Positions 1-12,600 of a stretch of 64,000 bases of DNA are shown here, piece after piece. Each line of letters begins with the position of its first letter. Position 1 is the first letter of the stretch. The notes beneath the pieces were generated by a model. It was not told the origin of the DNA. It did no database searches and saw only the letters and a program-made list of their open reading frames with translations. The translations under genes and the position numbers were made by a program. The DNA is from an uncultured bacterium (lineage in GTDB: Bacteria; Fidelibacterota; Marinisomatia; Marinisomatales; UBA1611), in contig CALSPG010000005.1 of the NCBI GenBank assembly GCA_943788175.1, forward strand, positions 192,001 through 256,000, in the 5' to 3' direction.

Positions 1-1
1 T

Positions 2-1904
2 GCAGAAATTCAACTTAACTGTGATCAAGCAAGCGATTGGGATCACACAGGCGCACTTGGTACCTATCGTTTATTTAATTATTACTCTGGTGATTGTGAT
101 GATGGGGTATTGATTGTAAGTGCTAATGGTTATGAAACAAGTGTTCAATCTGCTAGTGATATAGCGTTTGAAGTAGGGTCTTCCCATGAAATGGATATTA
201 CTTTAATGCAAGGTGATGATCCTGATCCTGGTATGATTTCCGGGACAGTATTTTCAAATATTGATCAAAGTACAATAGGCTCCGCTACTATCAACGCTTA
301 CAATGTTAACACTACACAGTTGTTTTCAATTGAAACATCAGAAGAGGGTTCTTATCAATTATTTTTACCTGAATCAGAATACTATATATCTATTACTGCT
401 AATAATCATGAAGAACATTTTGACACATTATCAGTTGTTTCTGGGCAATCATTTACTCGCGATTTTTATTTAGACGAAGTCTATCTCAATACAGTTTCTG
501 GAATTGTTGCTGGCCCGAGCGGAAATGGTCTGTTTGATATAGAAGTATTTGTATCTCCGGAAGGGGAAAGATATACGATTGCAAGCACCTTCACAAATGA
601 ATCTGGTGAATATACGTTACAAGTTCCAAACGGTCGTTATGATTTTGGAGCTGGTAATACAAACTATTATATGACTTTTGAATATAGTGTTGAGCTTTCT
701 GGTAGCGATCAAAACATTGATTTTACCCTTACTCCAGTTGCTCAATTTGATGGGGGATTCGCAGGTTTAGTCCATTTAAATGAAGGAGATAACTCAACGG
801 TTTGGTTAAATATTTGGAATTCAGATTTAACTTATCAAGCGTACATATCTTCCGATGAAAATGGAGCGTACACGCTTGCATTAATAAATGGGACATATAG
901 TTTATATGCTTGGGTACCTGGTTCAAATTATCAATCTGTCTATGTGCCGAATGCATTTACGATTGAAGATAATGTCATTAATTATGATATTTATTTTGTA
1001 GCGCCAGACGCTCCGGAACCGCCTACGGTTGTATTTTTAGAAGACGTTCCAAATGATCAAGGTGGGCAATTAGAATTAGCTTGGACGCCTGGTGATCCTC
1101 GCGAGTATGAAATCTTTCCTCAATATAGTATTTGGAGAATGGACGAAGAATGGAACTTGATTTCAACGGTTCCATATAGAGGTTCTGATGTGTATAGTAT
1201 GGTTGTTCCAACCTTAGGTGATTCAACTCAAGAAGGTATTTTTGAAAGTACATTTATGGTGACAGCGCACACGATTAATCAAAATATCTTTTTTGATTCA
1301 GACTCCAGTCACAAGTTACTCTATTGATAATATTTTTCCAGGAATACCTCAGCAGCTTGTTGCAAGTTTCTCTGGAGAAGTTGTTGATCTCGATTGGGTT
1401 CATTCTGAAGCAGAAGATTTAAGTCACTACAACTTATATAGACAAAATGTTATCGCAGGTGGATCTGCTACTATTATTTCAACGGAAACCAATTTCTACT
1501 CAGATAATGTTAATCAATCTGGTGAATTTGAATATTGGGTGACAGCTGTTGATGTAAGTGGAAATGAAAGCGATCCATCTAATGCTGCTATGGTGACGCT
1601 TGGAGTTGAAGAAGAAATGATACCGATGGAATTTGCACTACTTCAAAATTATCCAAACCCTTTTAACCCAAGCACTCAGATCATGTACACACTTCCTAAA
1701 ACTAGTGCTGTAGAAATTGTGATCTATGACATGCTAGGTTCTAAGGTTCGTACGTTATTTAGTGGTTCGCAAGATGCTGGATATAAAAACGTATTATGGA
1801 ATGCTACTAATGAAAAAGGTGATCCTGTTTCAGCTGGTATGTATATCTATACAATTGAAGCAAGCGGCTTTTTTGCTTCAAAGAAAATGATTTTATTAAA
1901 ATAG
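2..1904 (+). CDS. Secreted multidomain protein (carboxypeptidase-regulatory-like beta-sandwich repeats, FN3-like domain, C-terminal T9SS/FlgD-Ig-type sorting domain); 5'-truncated by the window, with a frameshift near 1300-1304
   Basis: The frame is open from position 2 (AEIQLNCDQ...) into ORF 110..1327. The motif DVPNDQGG...FFDS(D)/PVTSYSIDN continues into ORF 1293..1904, which ends with LLQNYPNPFNP...IYDMLG...WNATN...SAGMYIY...KKMILLK. Confidence 0.8.
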
Positions 1905-1974
1905 AATCAAATCATCATTTATTAAATCATAATATCTTCTTATTTTCATTTCTCTTTTTGAATAAGATTTTCCT

Positions 1975-4881
1975 ATGATTAATTATAAAAAATATAATTT
2001 ATTTTTATTAGCAGCTGCGCTTTTATCTTCATGCTCAATTGAGCCTGATCTGGACAAATTACCTATTATTCAACCTGAATTAGGATTTTCCGTTTATCAA
2101 GAATCGATTACGCTAAATGATGTTGATATCTTAACAGGTGATTCAAGCATCACAAAAGAGTCATATGGTTTAAGCGATTCAATATTTGTGTTTAATAAAA
2201 CAGTAAATATTGAAAAGCAAGAAGTTGGGGACAAGCTTTCTATTGAAGATATCAATAAACAGTTTTCTCAGAATGTTGACAATGTGACAATTGAAGATTC
2301 AGAAGTGGAAGAAAAAATTGGATTTGATCCCGTTGGTATTGATGCTGTTGAAAATAAAGTAGTTTCAGAGGTAGGGTTAATTACGCTAGATAACATCGAA
2401 CCTCAATCAACAGAACCCTATTTATTTTCATCTATCTATCCAAGCGTTTCAGACATTCCAAATGGGAACACGGTTACTATCCCCTCTTTTGACTTAGAGC
2501 CTGTTACAAATAGTTTTAGTTTCAATGACTTCTCTGAAGCCGCATTTAATTCAGGCTCTCTTTCTATTACAATTATAAATAATCTTGTTATCCCTCTTGG
2601 TGATGTGGACGTTAAATTAAAAAAGTCAGACGGATCAGATATAACAGGCGGAACAACAACTATTCAAGGACCAATTAATAGTAGTTCGCAGCAGTCAGCT
2701 CTTTTAGATTTATCTGGACTTACACTTCCGGGTAATATCATTGTTGAGGTCACAGGAAGTAGTCCAGGTGAAGCCAATGTATTGATTAATGAGGCCGCAA
2801 AAATTTCTTCATTTTCTGTAGAGATATCTGGAAGCGGATTAGAGGTTACTTCAGCGAATGCAAAAATACCTGCTCAAACCATTTCAGAATCCAGTTCAAT
2901 AAGTTTAGCAGCAGATTCAAACAAGGTTGTGCTGGCAACAATTAGTGGTGGAAAATTATCAATAGATATTGATAATTATATGAGCGTTGCTAGTAATATG
3001 ATTTTATCTATACCGTCTTTAAAAGCTGCAAATGGTAATAATTTTCAGACGAATATCAATATATCTGCAAACTCAGAAAATATTTTAAATGAAACTGATA
3101 TTTCTGGCTACACGCTTTCAATGGCGATTGATAATCAGTCCGTTATTTATTCATATGACGTTACAACAAATGATTCGGGCGATGATTTTGTTGAGATTAA
3201 ATCCATAGATAGTATAATAGTTAATATTGTTTTAGAAGGTTCAGTTGAAGGCCAGCAGTTATTATTTTCAAACTTTGAAGGAATGGTAACGCCTCAAGAT
3301 CTTGGTTTTGAGGGAGAAATAAATATTGAAAGTGATTCTGATATTCTTGAGGCAAACTTAAATAGTGGAAGCCTCATTCTGGATGTCGCTAATAGTATTA
3401 ACACTAGTTCTGAAGGTGCGCCAACAGCAGTGATTACTATAAATGAAATTATAAATGTCTCAAGCAATGAACCTTTAGTTATAAACACAGGTGCAATGTT
3501 TGGAGTTTTAGACCCGATAGAAGTTGATTTAAATGGATATAAAATTGTTATGCCTCGAGATAGCCAATCTCTTAACTATACCGCTGATGTCCAGACGGTG
3601 TATGAGGTAGGGACTTACAGCTTATTAGATTCTATGGATATTGATATTACTGTTACAGGTTTAGGGTTCTCGACGGTTCGAGGGTTTTTTGCGCAAGATG
3701 CAATGTCAGATTCAAACTCGATATCGTTAGATGATTCAACGATCGTTCACAATGCACTTTTAAAATCAGGCGAGCTTTCGCTGTCAATTAATAATAGTAT
3801 TGGGGTCGTTGCTGATGTGTTTTTTCAAATTACTGAATTTTATAAGAACTCTATTTCGCTAGACACTACTTTTACAATTAACTCAGGAATATCTGAGGTC
3901 CAGATAGATTTAAGTGGTTATAATTTAGTTTTACCCTCAGACGTTGATACTCAAAAAGTAAACTATGTCTCAAATATTTCATTGCCTTCAGATCAAGAAA
4001 TGACTTTGTCTTTGAGTGACTCTATTTCTATCTCTGTAAATATGACTGATATGGCTTTCCAATCTGTTACTGGTCAAATTAATCCAGTTTTCATTGATAT
4101 TGATCCTGTTGAACAAACCATTGATGCTCTTCCAGAAGAACTTGATGGGTTTGATTTTAATGATGTTGAGATGTTTCTTGATTTTAATTCTAGTATTGAT
4201 CTTCCTGTTTACTTAAATCTAAGTATCACTGCGTATAATGATACAAACGGTGATTCAATAACTAGAATGGTTAACCAAAATATCCATGCAAATCCTAACA
4301 TTGAAATCTCAAATGCATCTGAACTTATTAATATTAGACCTGACCGCATCGTAGCAAGAGGTTCAGCGAAGGTTGGAGACTTAGACTCTGTTGGTACAGT
4401 CGCAAGTGATGATTCTCTTTCTGGCGTTATGTCTGTTAGAGCCCCATTAATGTTCTTGGTAGATGATGGTGCATTGATAAGTCCAGACCCGGTTGAATTT
4501 GTTGAACAAGGAGATAGTCTAGGTATTCCTGATGGAATTATTGATGCAGCGCTTGTTATGACAATCAATAATCAATGGGAATTTGGTGCAAGCGTATCCG
4601 TCCTTTTAGGTCCTGATTCACTAGCTATCGAAAATGGAGAAGTTGATACGTTATTATCTGGGTTTACCTTTTCTCCTGATGCGAGTATTGTTGATACTAT
4701 ATATTTAGATGAAGACGCATTTCAGTTATTGAAACGATCTCCTAGTTGGATACAGCCACAAATCAGTGTCATTTCAAATGAAGGTACACCCGTAAAATTT
4801 TTGAGTACAGACACACTTAAAATAACAATTGATGGTGTATCATCTTCAATTGATTTATCTACATTGGCGGACGAAGAATAA
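1975..4881 (+). CDS. Large acidic, beta-rich lipoprotein with about four internal repeats
   Basis: Lipobox-like LLSSC after a hydrophobic N-terminus. A motif recurs: AAFNSGSLSITIIN / ATISGGKLSIDIDN / ANLNSGSLILDVAN / ALLKSGELSLSINN. Confidence 0.7.
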   Translation: MINYKKYNLFLLAAALLSSCSIEPDLDKLPIIQPELGFSVYQESITLNDVDILTGDSSITKESYGLSDSIFVFNKTVNIEKQEVGDKLSIEDINKQFSQNVDNVTIEDSEVEEKIGFDPVGIDAVENKVVSEVGLITLDNIEPQSTEPYLFSSIYPSVSDIPNGNTVTIPSFDLEPVTNSFSFNDFSEAAFNSGSLSITIINNLVIPLGDVDVKLKKSDGSDITGGTTTIQGPINSSSQQSALLDLSGLTLPGNIIVEVTGSSPGEANVLINEAAKISSFSVEISGSGLEVTSANAKIPAQTISESSSISLAADSNKVVLATISGGKLSIDIDNYMSVASNMILSIPSLKAANGNNFQTNINISANSENILNETDISGYTLSMAIDNQSVIYSYDVTTNDSGDDFVEIKSIDSIIVNIVLEGSVEGQQLLFSNFEGMVTPQDLGFEGEINIESDSDILEANLNSGSLILDVANSINTSSEGAPTAVITINEIINVSSNEPLVINTGAMFGVLDPIEVDLNGYKIVMPRDSQSLNYTADVQTVYEVGTYSLLDSMDIDITVTGLGFSTVRGFFAQDAMSDSNSISLDDSTIVHNALLKSGELSLSINNSIGVVADVFFQITEFYKNSISLDTTFTINSGISEVQIDLSGYNLVLPSDVDTQKVNYVSNISLPSDQEMTLSLSDSISISVNMTDMAFQSVTGQINPVFIDIDPVEQTIDALPEELDGFDFNDVEMFLDFNSSIDLPVYLNLSITAYNDTNGDSITRMVNQNIHANPNIEISNASELINIRPDRIVARGSAKVGDLDSVGTVASDDSLSGVMSVRAPLMFLVDDGALISPDPVEFVEQGDSLGIPDGIIDAALVMTINNQWEFGASVSVLLGPDSLAIENGEVDTLLSGFTFSPDASIVDTIYLDEDAFQLLKRSPSWIQPQISVISNEGTPVKFLSTDTLKITIDGVSSSIDLSTLADEE

Positions 4882-4882
4882 A

Positions 4883-6392
4883 ATGAAAAATTTAATTAAA
4901 TTTTCTTTAGTATTGTCTTTCATCTTTTGTCAAACTAGTCCAGTAGATATAGCGACCTCAGGTGCTAATAAATTAAGAATGCATGGGCAATTGAATGTTT
5001 TTCATAACCCTGCTACTTTAGGGTATAAAGCAGCTCAATTAGATAGTGAAGCCACAGTTAATAATCTGCCATTAGAAGAATCGGGTGAGTTAGTTAATGC
5101 ATTTCAAGATATAAACACCACGGATAGTGATAGCCTAGATAATGAGTTTTCAGAATTTGAAAGTGCTGATGAAGGTGGTCCTGATTCCCTTTCAATAAAA
5201 ATAGAAGATATCATTGCATCCGCGGACTCATTGCTAGCGGATTCATTAGATCTCTGAATCTAATTTTAGTATGAGTCTTTTTAACGTGTCCTTTGGTTTG
5301 GGGAGTGGTTCAATTACACCGAATTGGATTAGTAATCAATTATTTGGTGGAAAAGATTTAAGGAATGCACAAGAAAGAAAAGACTTTTTAAAAGGTATCT
5401 CTAATGATATTAATATTCAAGTTCCTGTTTTCTCTAGTCTCCCATTAATAAATTTTAGTTTTGGATCAAATGTGGTAAGCCTTGGACAAGTAGTTAGCTA
5501 TACTTCTGTAAACATTCCAAGCGGGCTTGCTCAAGTTCCATTTATAGGATTAGAAAAAGGAAAAGAATTAAATATTAGCTCTTTAGAAATGGAGCACATT
5601 ACTTACTTGCCGATATCTTATTCAAAAGGGTTTATACTTAAACCAGGTATTATTCCATTTGGGCAGAAAAGTTATGCTGGCTTAAGATCTAACCTGCTTA
5701 TTGGCCTTGCGGAAGTACATACAGCAAGCGTTAATGGAAAAATCCAAGGAACCGATGCCAATACTCTAATTGATGCTGATATAGAATTAGGTGCATCGCT
5801 TCCAGTTTCCATAGATGATTCTATTCCAAAAGGTTCTTTTCCAATTGGGATTGGTTTTGATCTAGGTATTATAACAGAAATTGATGAGAAACTAACTATT
5901 GGTGCTAGCATCGATAATATTTTTGCTTCATTTAAGTGGAGTGGTGCAACCGTATATACAGCTAGTGTATTAGGAGAGCTTACACCGGAAGATATAGCGG
6001 AAGCAGATTCTATAACAAATCTTTTAAATCAATCTGAAGTAAAAGAGAGTTCTAGCTATAAAACAAGTTTACCAACTTCTATAAATATTAGCGGTACCTA
6101 TAAAGCGGTAGAATGGGTGACCTTAGATGCAAATATTCGAATTGATTTTGGGAAAAGTTATTGGGCCAGCAGTACGCCACTCATATCTTTAGGATCAGAA
6201 TTTTATCCTAACTCTAAATCTCCAATCTATTTCGGATTATCATTCGGAGGCGAAAATAGTTTTGGATGGGGGACTGGAATGAGCCTTAAAATGGGCTCAG
6301 TAATTTTCGATATCAGTGGAGGTCAGTTAGGTGGAATATTTAATAACGCGACCGGCATGCAACTTGGATTTGGATTAAGGATACAAAAATAA
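4883..6392 (+). CDS. Outer-membrane beta-barrel protein (DUF5723/PorV-FadL-like superfamily), split by a frameshift near 5250
   Basis: Start MKNLIKF at 4883 with a signal peptide and an NPATLG motif. The frame switch at gat-ctctgaatct joins it to ORF 5271..6392, which has GIGFDLG, LPTSINISG and a terminal amphipathic strand MQLGFGLRIQK. Confidence 0.65.
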
Positions 6393-6396
6393 TTAT

Positions 6397-6855
6397 TTAT
6401 TTTGCAGCGTAAGCTTTTGCCCATTTTGACTCTGGAGCAAGAGTAATCAGTTCTTGTTCTTTAGCTCTAGCGGTTTTCTCATCACCTAGCTTCCGATATA
6501 TTTGAATCATATAATGCCTAACTTCAGGAATTTTAGCATGGTCCTTATTTTTTTTCTCTAACCTGCTAAGTGTTTTCATAAGTTTTCCTAAAGCCGACTG
6601 CAGTTCCATTTTATTAGGGCCTTTCATGGATTTTCTATAATAAAGATGATGTAGAGCTTCATCCTCAGCTTCAGCTCCGCGAACACCAGCCACAGTTATT
6701 ACTTGTTCAACTTCCCCTTCAACTTCATTTATTTCTTCGATTTCTTCCCAAACGGTAGTGTCCCAAAGATCATCCATGTTGATGTCTTCTTCGTCTTCTT
6801 GAGCAGTTACTAGAGAAAAGAATAATATAGGTAATATATAATAGAACTTTTTCAT
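6397..6855 (-). CDS. Exported hypothetical protein with an acidic N-terminal half, a VAGVRG motif and a C-terminal TPR-like helix pair
   Basis: Signal peptide, TVAGVRGAEA, and a TPR-like end (YMIQIYRKLGDEKTA...LAPESKWA). Confidence 0.55.
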   Translation of the reverse strand: MKKFYYILPILFFSLVTAQEDEEDINMDDLWDTTVWEEIEEINEVEGEVEQVITVAGVRGAEAEDEALHHLYYRKSMKGPNKMELQSALGKLMKTLSRLEKKNKDHAKIPEVRHYMIQIYRKLGDEKTARAKEQELITLAPESKWAKAYAAK

Positions 6856-6880
6856 TATTTAAATATTACGACATTGTGCA

Positions 6881-9622
6881 CTATGAATCAAATTTTTTGT
6901 ATTTAGATGGTTTTTCGCCCATACTTTCTATAAAGCTCACTTGCCCCACCAATTCTGGACTCTTCAGTTTGACTTCTTCAAAAAGTTGGAAAGCGCTATC
7001 GTAGCTTCGGATGCGGTATAAGGCTACAGCTAGATTGATTTTGTATTCATCATTTTCCGGATCTTTGTCCATCGCTTTTCTAAAATAATCTACTGCCATT
7101 GCATTATTTCCAATTTGCGCAAAGGTAATTCCAACGGCATTATCACTCTTTGCTCTGCGAGCTCTATATGAAGCACGTTGGACAGCTTCTGGCTCAAGCT
7201 TAGGAGCGGAGTCTTTTAGTTCATTTAATCCTTTTGAAGATTCTGCATCAAGATCCGCCTCCAGATCCGCAGATAGACTAATTGTATTTGAGCTGGCCAT
7301 TGGTCCCATTGATGCTTTTGCTGCGCCAAGAATATCCTCTAGTTTACCTGAAAAGGAAGGAGCAATCTGAACAACCTCATCATAGGTCTGTTTTGCTAAT
7401 CCTTTATTTCCTAGCATGAACTGTGAAATTGCAATATTTAACATAAAGCCAGGATGGTTTGATTGTTGCTCTAAGGCTTTATTATAAAATTCGATAGATT
7501 TTTCATATTCTTCCTGCTTCGTATAGCAAACACCTAAGGTATTTAATGCATCAGGGAAATTTGGTGTGATATTCATTGCCGTATTTAGATTGTCAATTGC
7601 GCTCTGGTATCTTCCAAACTCCATATAAAGAACAGCCACATCATAATAATCATCAGCCGTTTCTAATTTGCCTTCAATACCTTTTGCCACTACTTGATCA
7701 AGCCACTTTATGTATTGTCTAATATCTTCTTCAAGAAGCTCACTAACCCCTGTTGGGTCAGGTATATAAACTTCCTCAGGAGCAATGGAGCCAGGCAAAT
7801 ATTTTGCCATGGCTTTTGTCATGTTTATTTCATTTACAAATTGATCTGCTTTCATTTGAGAATATTTTAGTGCTCCTTGTTTCCAGGCACTAAAAAATGG
7901 TTTGCCGACCAAGGTAGCTTCAACAGGAATCCATACCTTATCATCAAATACCGCAACTTCATTTCTATCTAAAAATAATCGATCAACATCATCTGGGTCG
8001 ACGCCACTATCAAACATTAAAAAAACATGACCTTCCCCAGGTTTAAAGACATCAAGCCACATAGTTTCAATACCAATATTATTTAATAAAGTACTATATA
8101 GAGTAGCAAGGTCATCACAATCACCAATTTTATCGTCTAAAAGTTCCCAGGGGTATTTAACAGTATCAAAAGCTGATTTATCATCAGATATTTGAAGGAA
8201 GGGAGTAGAAGGGTCGACATTATAAACTAAGCCAAATGTTCCCAAAGCATCATACAAAATGATAGCTCTTCCTAAATTCGTTTTTCCAAAATATTTTTTT
8301 AGGACTTCAGAATATGCTTGAATATTTGTTCTAGCAAATTTATCTACGACAACATCTTGGGTTGTAAAATAGGAAGCAATCATTTCAGGATCACTCCAAG
8401 TTAATTTTCCTTTTCCAAGAACATAGGATGATTCTAATTTTTTCTGAGCAAGTTTTTCTTCGCCGTCTTGTTTGTAAGTGACTTTTATATCAGGCTGAAC
8501 AAGATTATCAAATGAAGCTTTTGCTGATGTTAAAACGTCTGAAGAAAAAGAGACACCCAGATTATACGTTTCATCAGATTTTGGCGGAAGAGTAATTGAT
8601 TCAGTATGTGGGTTCTCCATCATCGTAGGGATGAAAAACGAAATATCAACAGGGAGTTCAGCATCTGAAATGTTTTTGATATTTGTTTTCACAAAAGGAG
8701 TTCCTTCATAATATCTATGTAAAGATCTAAATATAGGATTATGATTTATTTTTGCTGAATTGATACTGACAACAGCTGGACTCAACTGTAATGATAATGA
8801 ATATCTGTATGTTGGTTCTAAATAAGGATGTGATTCGTATCCGTATTCAAAAACGATACTTTTAAATTTTAAGGTAATACCCGCAGAAGGGATTAATAGT
8901 TTTTCTTCTCCATTAAGATCTTGTTGAAAACCCGCTCTGAATCCAATTCGATTTTTTACAAAATATTCTCCACCAACATGAGCCCTATCATTATCTATAT
9001 CCATCGCAAGCGTTAAACCATCTATTGGGAAATAGGCGATACCAAGTTTAAATGCTTGCCCTAAGAGTTGTTCATCTACTTTATTTTGTTTGTAGGTAAC
9101 ATCTGTGCCACCAAGATCATAAACACCGAGACCAAATCGCAATTTTTTGTGTGGAGAAACTAGAAGTCCCAAATCATATCCAATTCCAGTTGACTTTCCG
9201 TATGACGTTCCATCAAGACCCATATCTCTGGATATATATTTAAATGTTCCACCAATTGAAACAAGTTTAAACGGTTGATATCCTATGGAGAAGTTTAATT
9301 TATTTTCACTATAGTTAAGCTCTTGATCATCATAACCAATATTAGACCAATCAAACCCTACGGCAACACGGTCACCAAATGGCCAAACGATACCGGTATA
9401 TGAATGTGTAATATCCATAGCATAAAGGTCAGCATAGCTTGATGTAAATTCTTTTCTTCGCAAGCGAGGAAGTCCCGCAGGGTTCCAGGTAATTGTATTA
9501 CCATCATCAGCTACAGCGATGAAAGCACCACCCATTCCTAGTGGCCGCGTTCCAACGAATATTTGTTCTTGGGATAAGAGCGCTGAAGAAATAACAAAAA
9601 AAGTAAAAATTAATTTTTTCAT
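6881..9622 (-). CDS. Fusion of a PorV/UPF0164-like beta-barrel, a transglutaminase-like domain and TPR repeats
   Basis: N-terminal GTRPLGMGGAFIAVADD...WNPAGL. Central GDCDD...GHVFL...WIPVEAT. C-terminal TPRs (ALNTLGVCY, FMLNIAISQ, YKINLAVALY). Confidence 0.75.
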   Translation of the reverse strand: MKKLIFTFFVISSALLSQEQIFVGTRPLGMGGAFIAVADDGNTITWNPAGLPRLRRKEFTSSYADLYAMDITHSYTGIVWPFGDRVAVGFDWSNIGYDDQELNYSENKLNFSIGYQPFKLVSIGGTFKYISRDMGLDGTSYGKSTGIGYDLGLLVSPHKKLRFGLGVYDLGGTDVTYKQNKVDEQLLGQAFKLGIAYFPIDGLTLAMDIDNDRAHVGGEYFVKNRIGFRAGFQQDLNGEEKLLIPSAGITLKFKSIVFEYGYESHPYLEPTYRYSLSLQLSPAVVSINSAKINHNPIFRSLHRYYEGTPFVKTNIKNISDAELPVDISFFIPTMMENPHTESITLPPKSDETYNLGVSFSSDVLTSAKASFDNLVQPDIKVTYKQDGEEKLAQKKLESSYVLGKGKLTWSDPEMIASYFTTQDVVVDKFARTNIQAYSEVLKKYFGKTNLGRAIILYDALGTFGLVYNVDPSTPFLQISDDKSAFDTVKYPWELLDDKIGDCDDLATLYSTLLNNIGIETMWLDVFKPGEGHVFLMFDSGVDPDDVDRLFLDRNEVAVFDDKVWIPVEATLVGKPFFSAWKQGALKYSQMKADQFVNEINMTKAMAKYLPGSIAPEEVYIPDPTGVSELLEEDIRQYIKWLDQVVAKGIEGKLETADDYYDVAVLYMEFGRYQSAIDNLNTAMNITPNFPDALNTLGVCYTKQEEYEKSIEFYNKALEQQSNHPGFMLNIAISQFMLGNKGLAKQTYDEVVQIAPSFSGKLEDILGAAKASMGPMASSNTISLSADLEADLDAESSKGLNELKDSAPKLEPEAVQRASYRARRAKSDNAVGITFAQIGNNAMAVDYFRKAMDKDPENDEYKINLAVALYRIRSYDSAFQLFEEVKLKSPELVGQVSFIESMGEKPSKYKKFDS

Positions 9623-12600
9623 CGATTCAGGACCCCGACAGTAGTTCTGAATATCGATTCAGAAGATTCAAGAGTCACAATATATAAACCGCTAGGTACC
9701 ACGCTACCATCAAAGTCTTTACCGTCCCAGACAATCACATTGCTTCCAGGCCCTAATTTCTGTTCAGGCTTTAATGTCCTCTTTATCTTTCCAGAAACAT
9801 TGAATATTCTTGCAGTTACATTATCTGAACTAGGTAGATCAAATAAAATATTTGTATGTGGAAACTCAAATACAGAGCCCGCAGGAGAGAATATCCTTGG
9901 TTGACATATTATCTTATCCGTTTTTAGTGAATCAACACTGATTGTACTATCAGATTTGAACGCTGCAAAAACGCCTAACTGTGATAATTGCGATTGTAAG
10001 TATGGAGTTCCATTTACACTTATGATTGACCCGCCTATAGTTGTTTTTTCTCCAGTTATTGTATTTAACCTTCCAATATGTAAGTTTTGATTTTGTTGAC
10101 TGCCGTCTATTTCATTAGCAGGAACTGCTATTCTTATTATAGTTGGTTTTTTTAATTCTAAATCAGAGGGTGATATTGTATAAAAATTTGATATAAGATT
10201 TGTGTCGATGGCTGCTATTTCAATTAATGGATTTATTGAAATAGAAACATCTTCATTCACAGCATTTTGAGGAAATAAAATTGAAACATTCCCGTCTGAG
10301 CTTACAACACTTCCTCCTGCCTGTGATATGATTTTTTGAGGAGTTTTAAAGTATACAGAATGCTTCATGATATTTCCACGCATATCTTTCGCATTTGAGA
10401 TATGTAATTTTATTGATTTTCCAATATAATTATCTGGAAGGCTAAGGAGCCCGGTCCATACAGTGGCACTATAACTTTGTTTAACCACAACTAAAGTATC
10501 GCTTATCTGGTCACCATCAATATCATTCATATCTGGATGTACGGCATAGATAAATGGTTCAGCTTCTGAAGAATTATTCATTTCAAATTCTTCTTTAAAA
10601 TTGACGATAATAATTATTTGACCACCAACACCATAATTAACTTGAATTGTATCAACTTCTGGAGGGGTTTGGTCAATATAGTAATAATCCCAATTAGACC
10701 ATTCTGAGGAACCTAAACTGTGGTCAATAGACCTCACTCTCCATTGATACCTGCCTTCTGGTAAGCTATTTATTACATGGTTTGTCCCTGATCTAGAACC
10801 CATTCTCCCCGTTCCATATTTTCCTGAGATTATTGAATGAGTATTTCCTGCAAGGCTATAATTTTGGTCTTCGCCCATTTGCAATTGATATTTCAAAGCG
10901 ATATCAGAAGTTCTTCCTGATCCACTTTGATTATCAGTATCGATACCACCCTGCCAACTGATGTAAACAGAATCTATATTTACGTCACTTAAAAGCATTA
11001 TTGGTTTTGTGGGTTTATTGTTAGGGTTTGTAAAGCCTTCTAAATTTTCATAGACTCTAGTAATAAGCTCTTTTTCTTCTGTCTCTCCAGTTACTAATAA
11101 GTCGAGATCTCCATCATTATCATAGTCACCCCATTGGGTAGAAGAGAGGCCGACGCTGTCTAGCATATATAATGAAGAGTCTAATATAAATTGGCCATTT
11201 TCATTTTGTTGATAAATGTTTGTTATAGGATTGATATACTCTGTTTGCCCTAAGTCAGTAATTAATGTTCCGGTATACCCACTGCTTACTAAGTCAAGAT
11301 CGCCATCATTGTCATAGTCACCCCAGTCTAAGCTTGAATAGGTTGCTCCTTCGAGCTCTTGTTGAAGCGTGAATCTTGTTCCATTCTCGTTAGTATAAAT
11401 GTTTGTATGCATATTTGAACCATCAAGGTGTGCGACGGCGATATCATCAAAGCTATCATTATTATAATCTCCTACAGAAATAGCATGCAATGTAGAGGGA
11501 ATTGAAAATGGTTGTTCTGATGATAGCGTTAAATTTCCTGTGCTATCATTAATATACATGTGCGAAATGCCGTCAGAGCCTAGCCGTCCCAAAGCCAACA
11601 AGTCTAAATGATTGTCACGATTTATATCAATCCACACAACTGCGGAGGGGAATAAGGGCACCAAATCAGTTTGTGTTGTATCAATTGATAATAGTCCATT
11701 TGAATTGTTAAATACGTTTAGATAATTAGTATTGTCAAAAATACTTATACCTCCACTAACTAAATCGAGGTCTCCATCATTATCATAGTCACCCCAATCG
11801 TGGTTGTATTGACCGCCCCAATACCCGCTGGAAGCAGATAGCTGATTCTCTTGCTCATCTAACACGAAGTTTCCGTTTTCATATTTATATAGCAGAAGAG
11901 CTGTAAATGTTGAAAAGTTTATTGTGGCAATCCCTGTCATGGAGATATCCAAAAACCCATCATTGTTATAATCAACAAAGCTTAGGTGACCGCCATAGAC
12001 ATTTGCCATGCGAGGCTGGAGGTTATCAACATTTAAAATTCCATCATCATTTAAATATATTTGTGTTTTACTCGACCCTGTATAAAGGTTCCCTGTTATG
12101 GCTAAATCTAAAAGTTCATCATCATTAATATCGCTCCACCTAGAAATACCATAAGAGTAACCAGGAATAGATTGAAAGGATTTTACTAATCGAGGTATGA
12201 ATAGTTCTTTTTCTTCAGACCAATCAGAAATAACACCTGATGGATCAATAGTTTGAACCTTCCAATTGTAATTACCCCATGGGATATTGGTAAACTCCCT
12301 TATGAGTCTAGTCCCGACGTTAGAATTATTATAAGCAACAATCTCTGGAATTAGTGCCTTGGTTTCATTTCCATCTAATACTCTTGCGATCGAAAGGTTA
12401 TAGTGGAGAGTCTGGGCAGGTGCGATGTCATCACTGCCAGCACCCCAATTAAAAATAGCTCTATTACTAATTGCGAATGACTCTAAAATTGTTGGGGGTG
12501 TTGGCTTATTATTTGAACCAACCGAAACATTTAACAGAACCGATACAAAAGAGCTATCACTATCTCCAACCTCAGTAGTTCCAGAAGCAATAATATCCGG

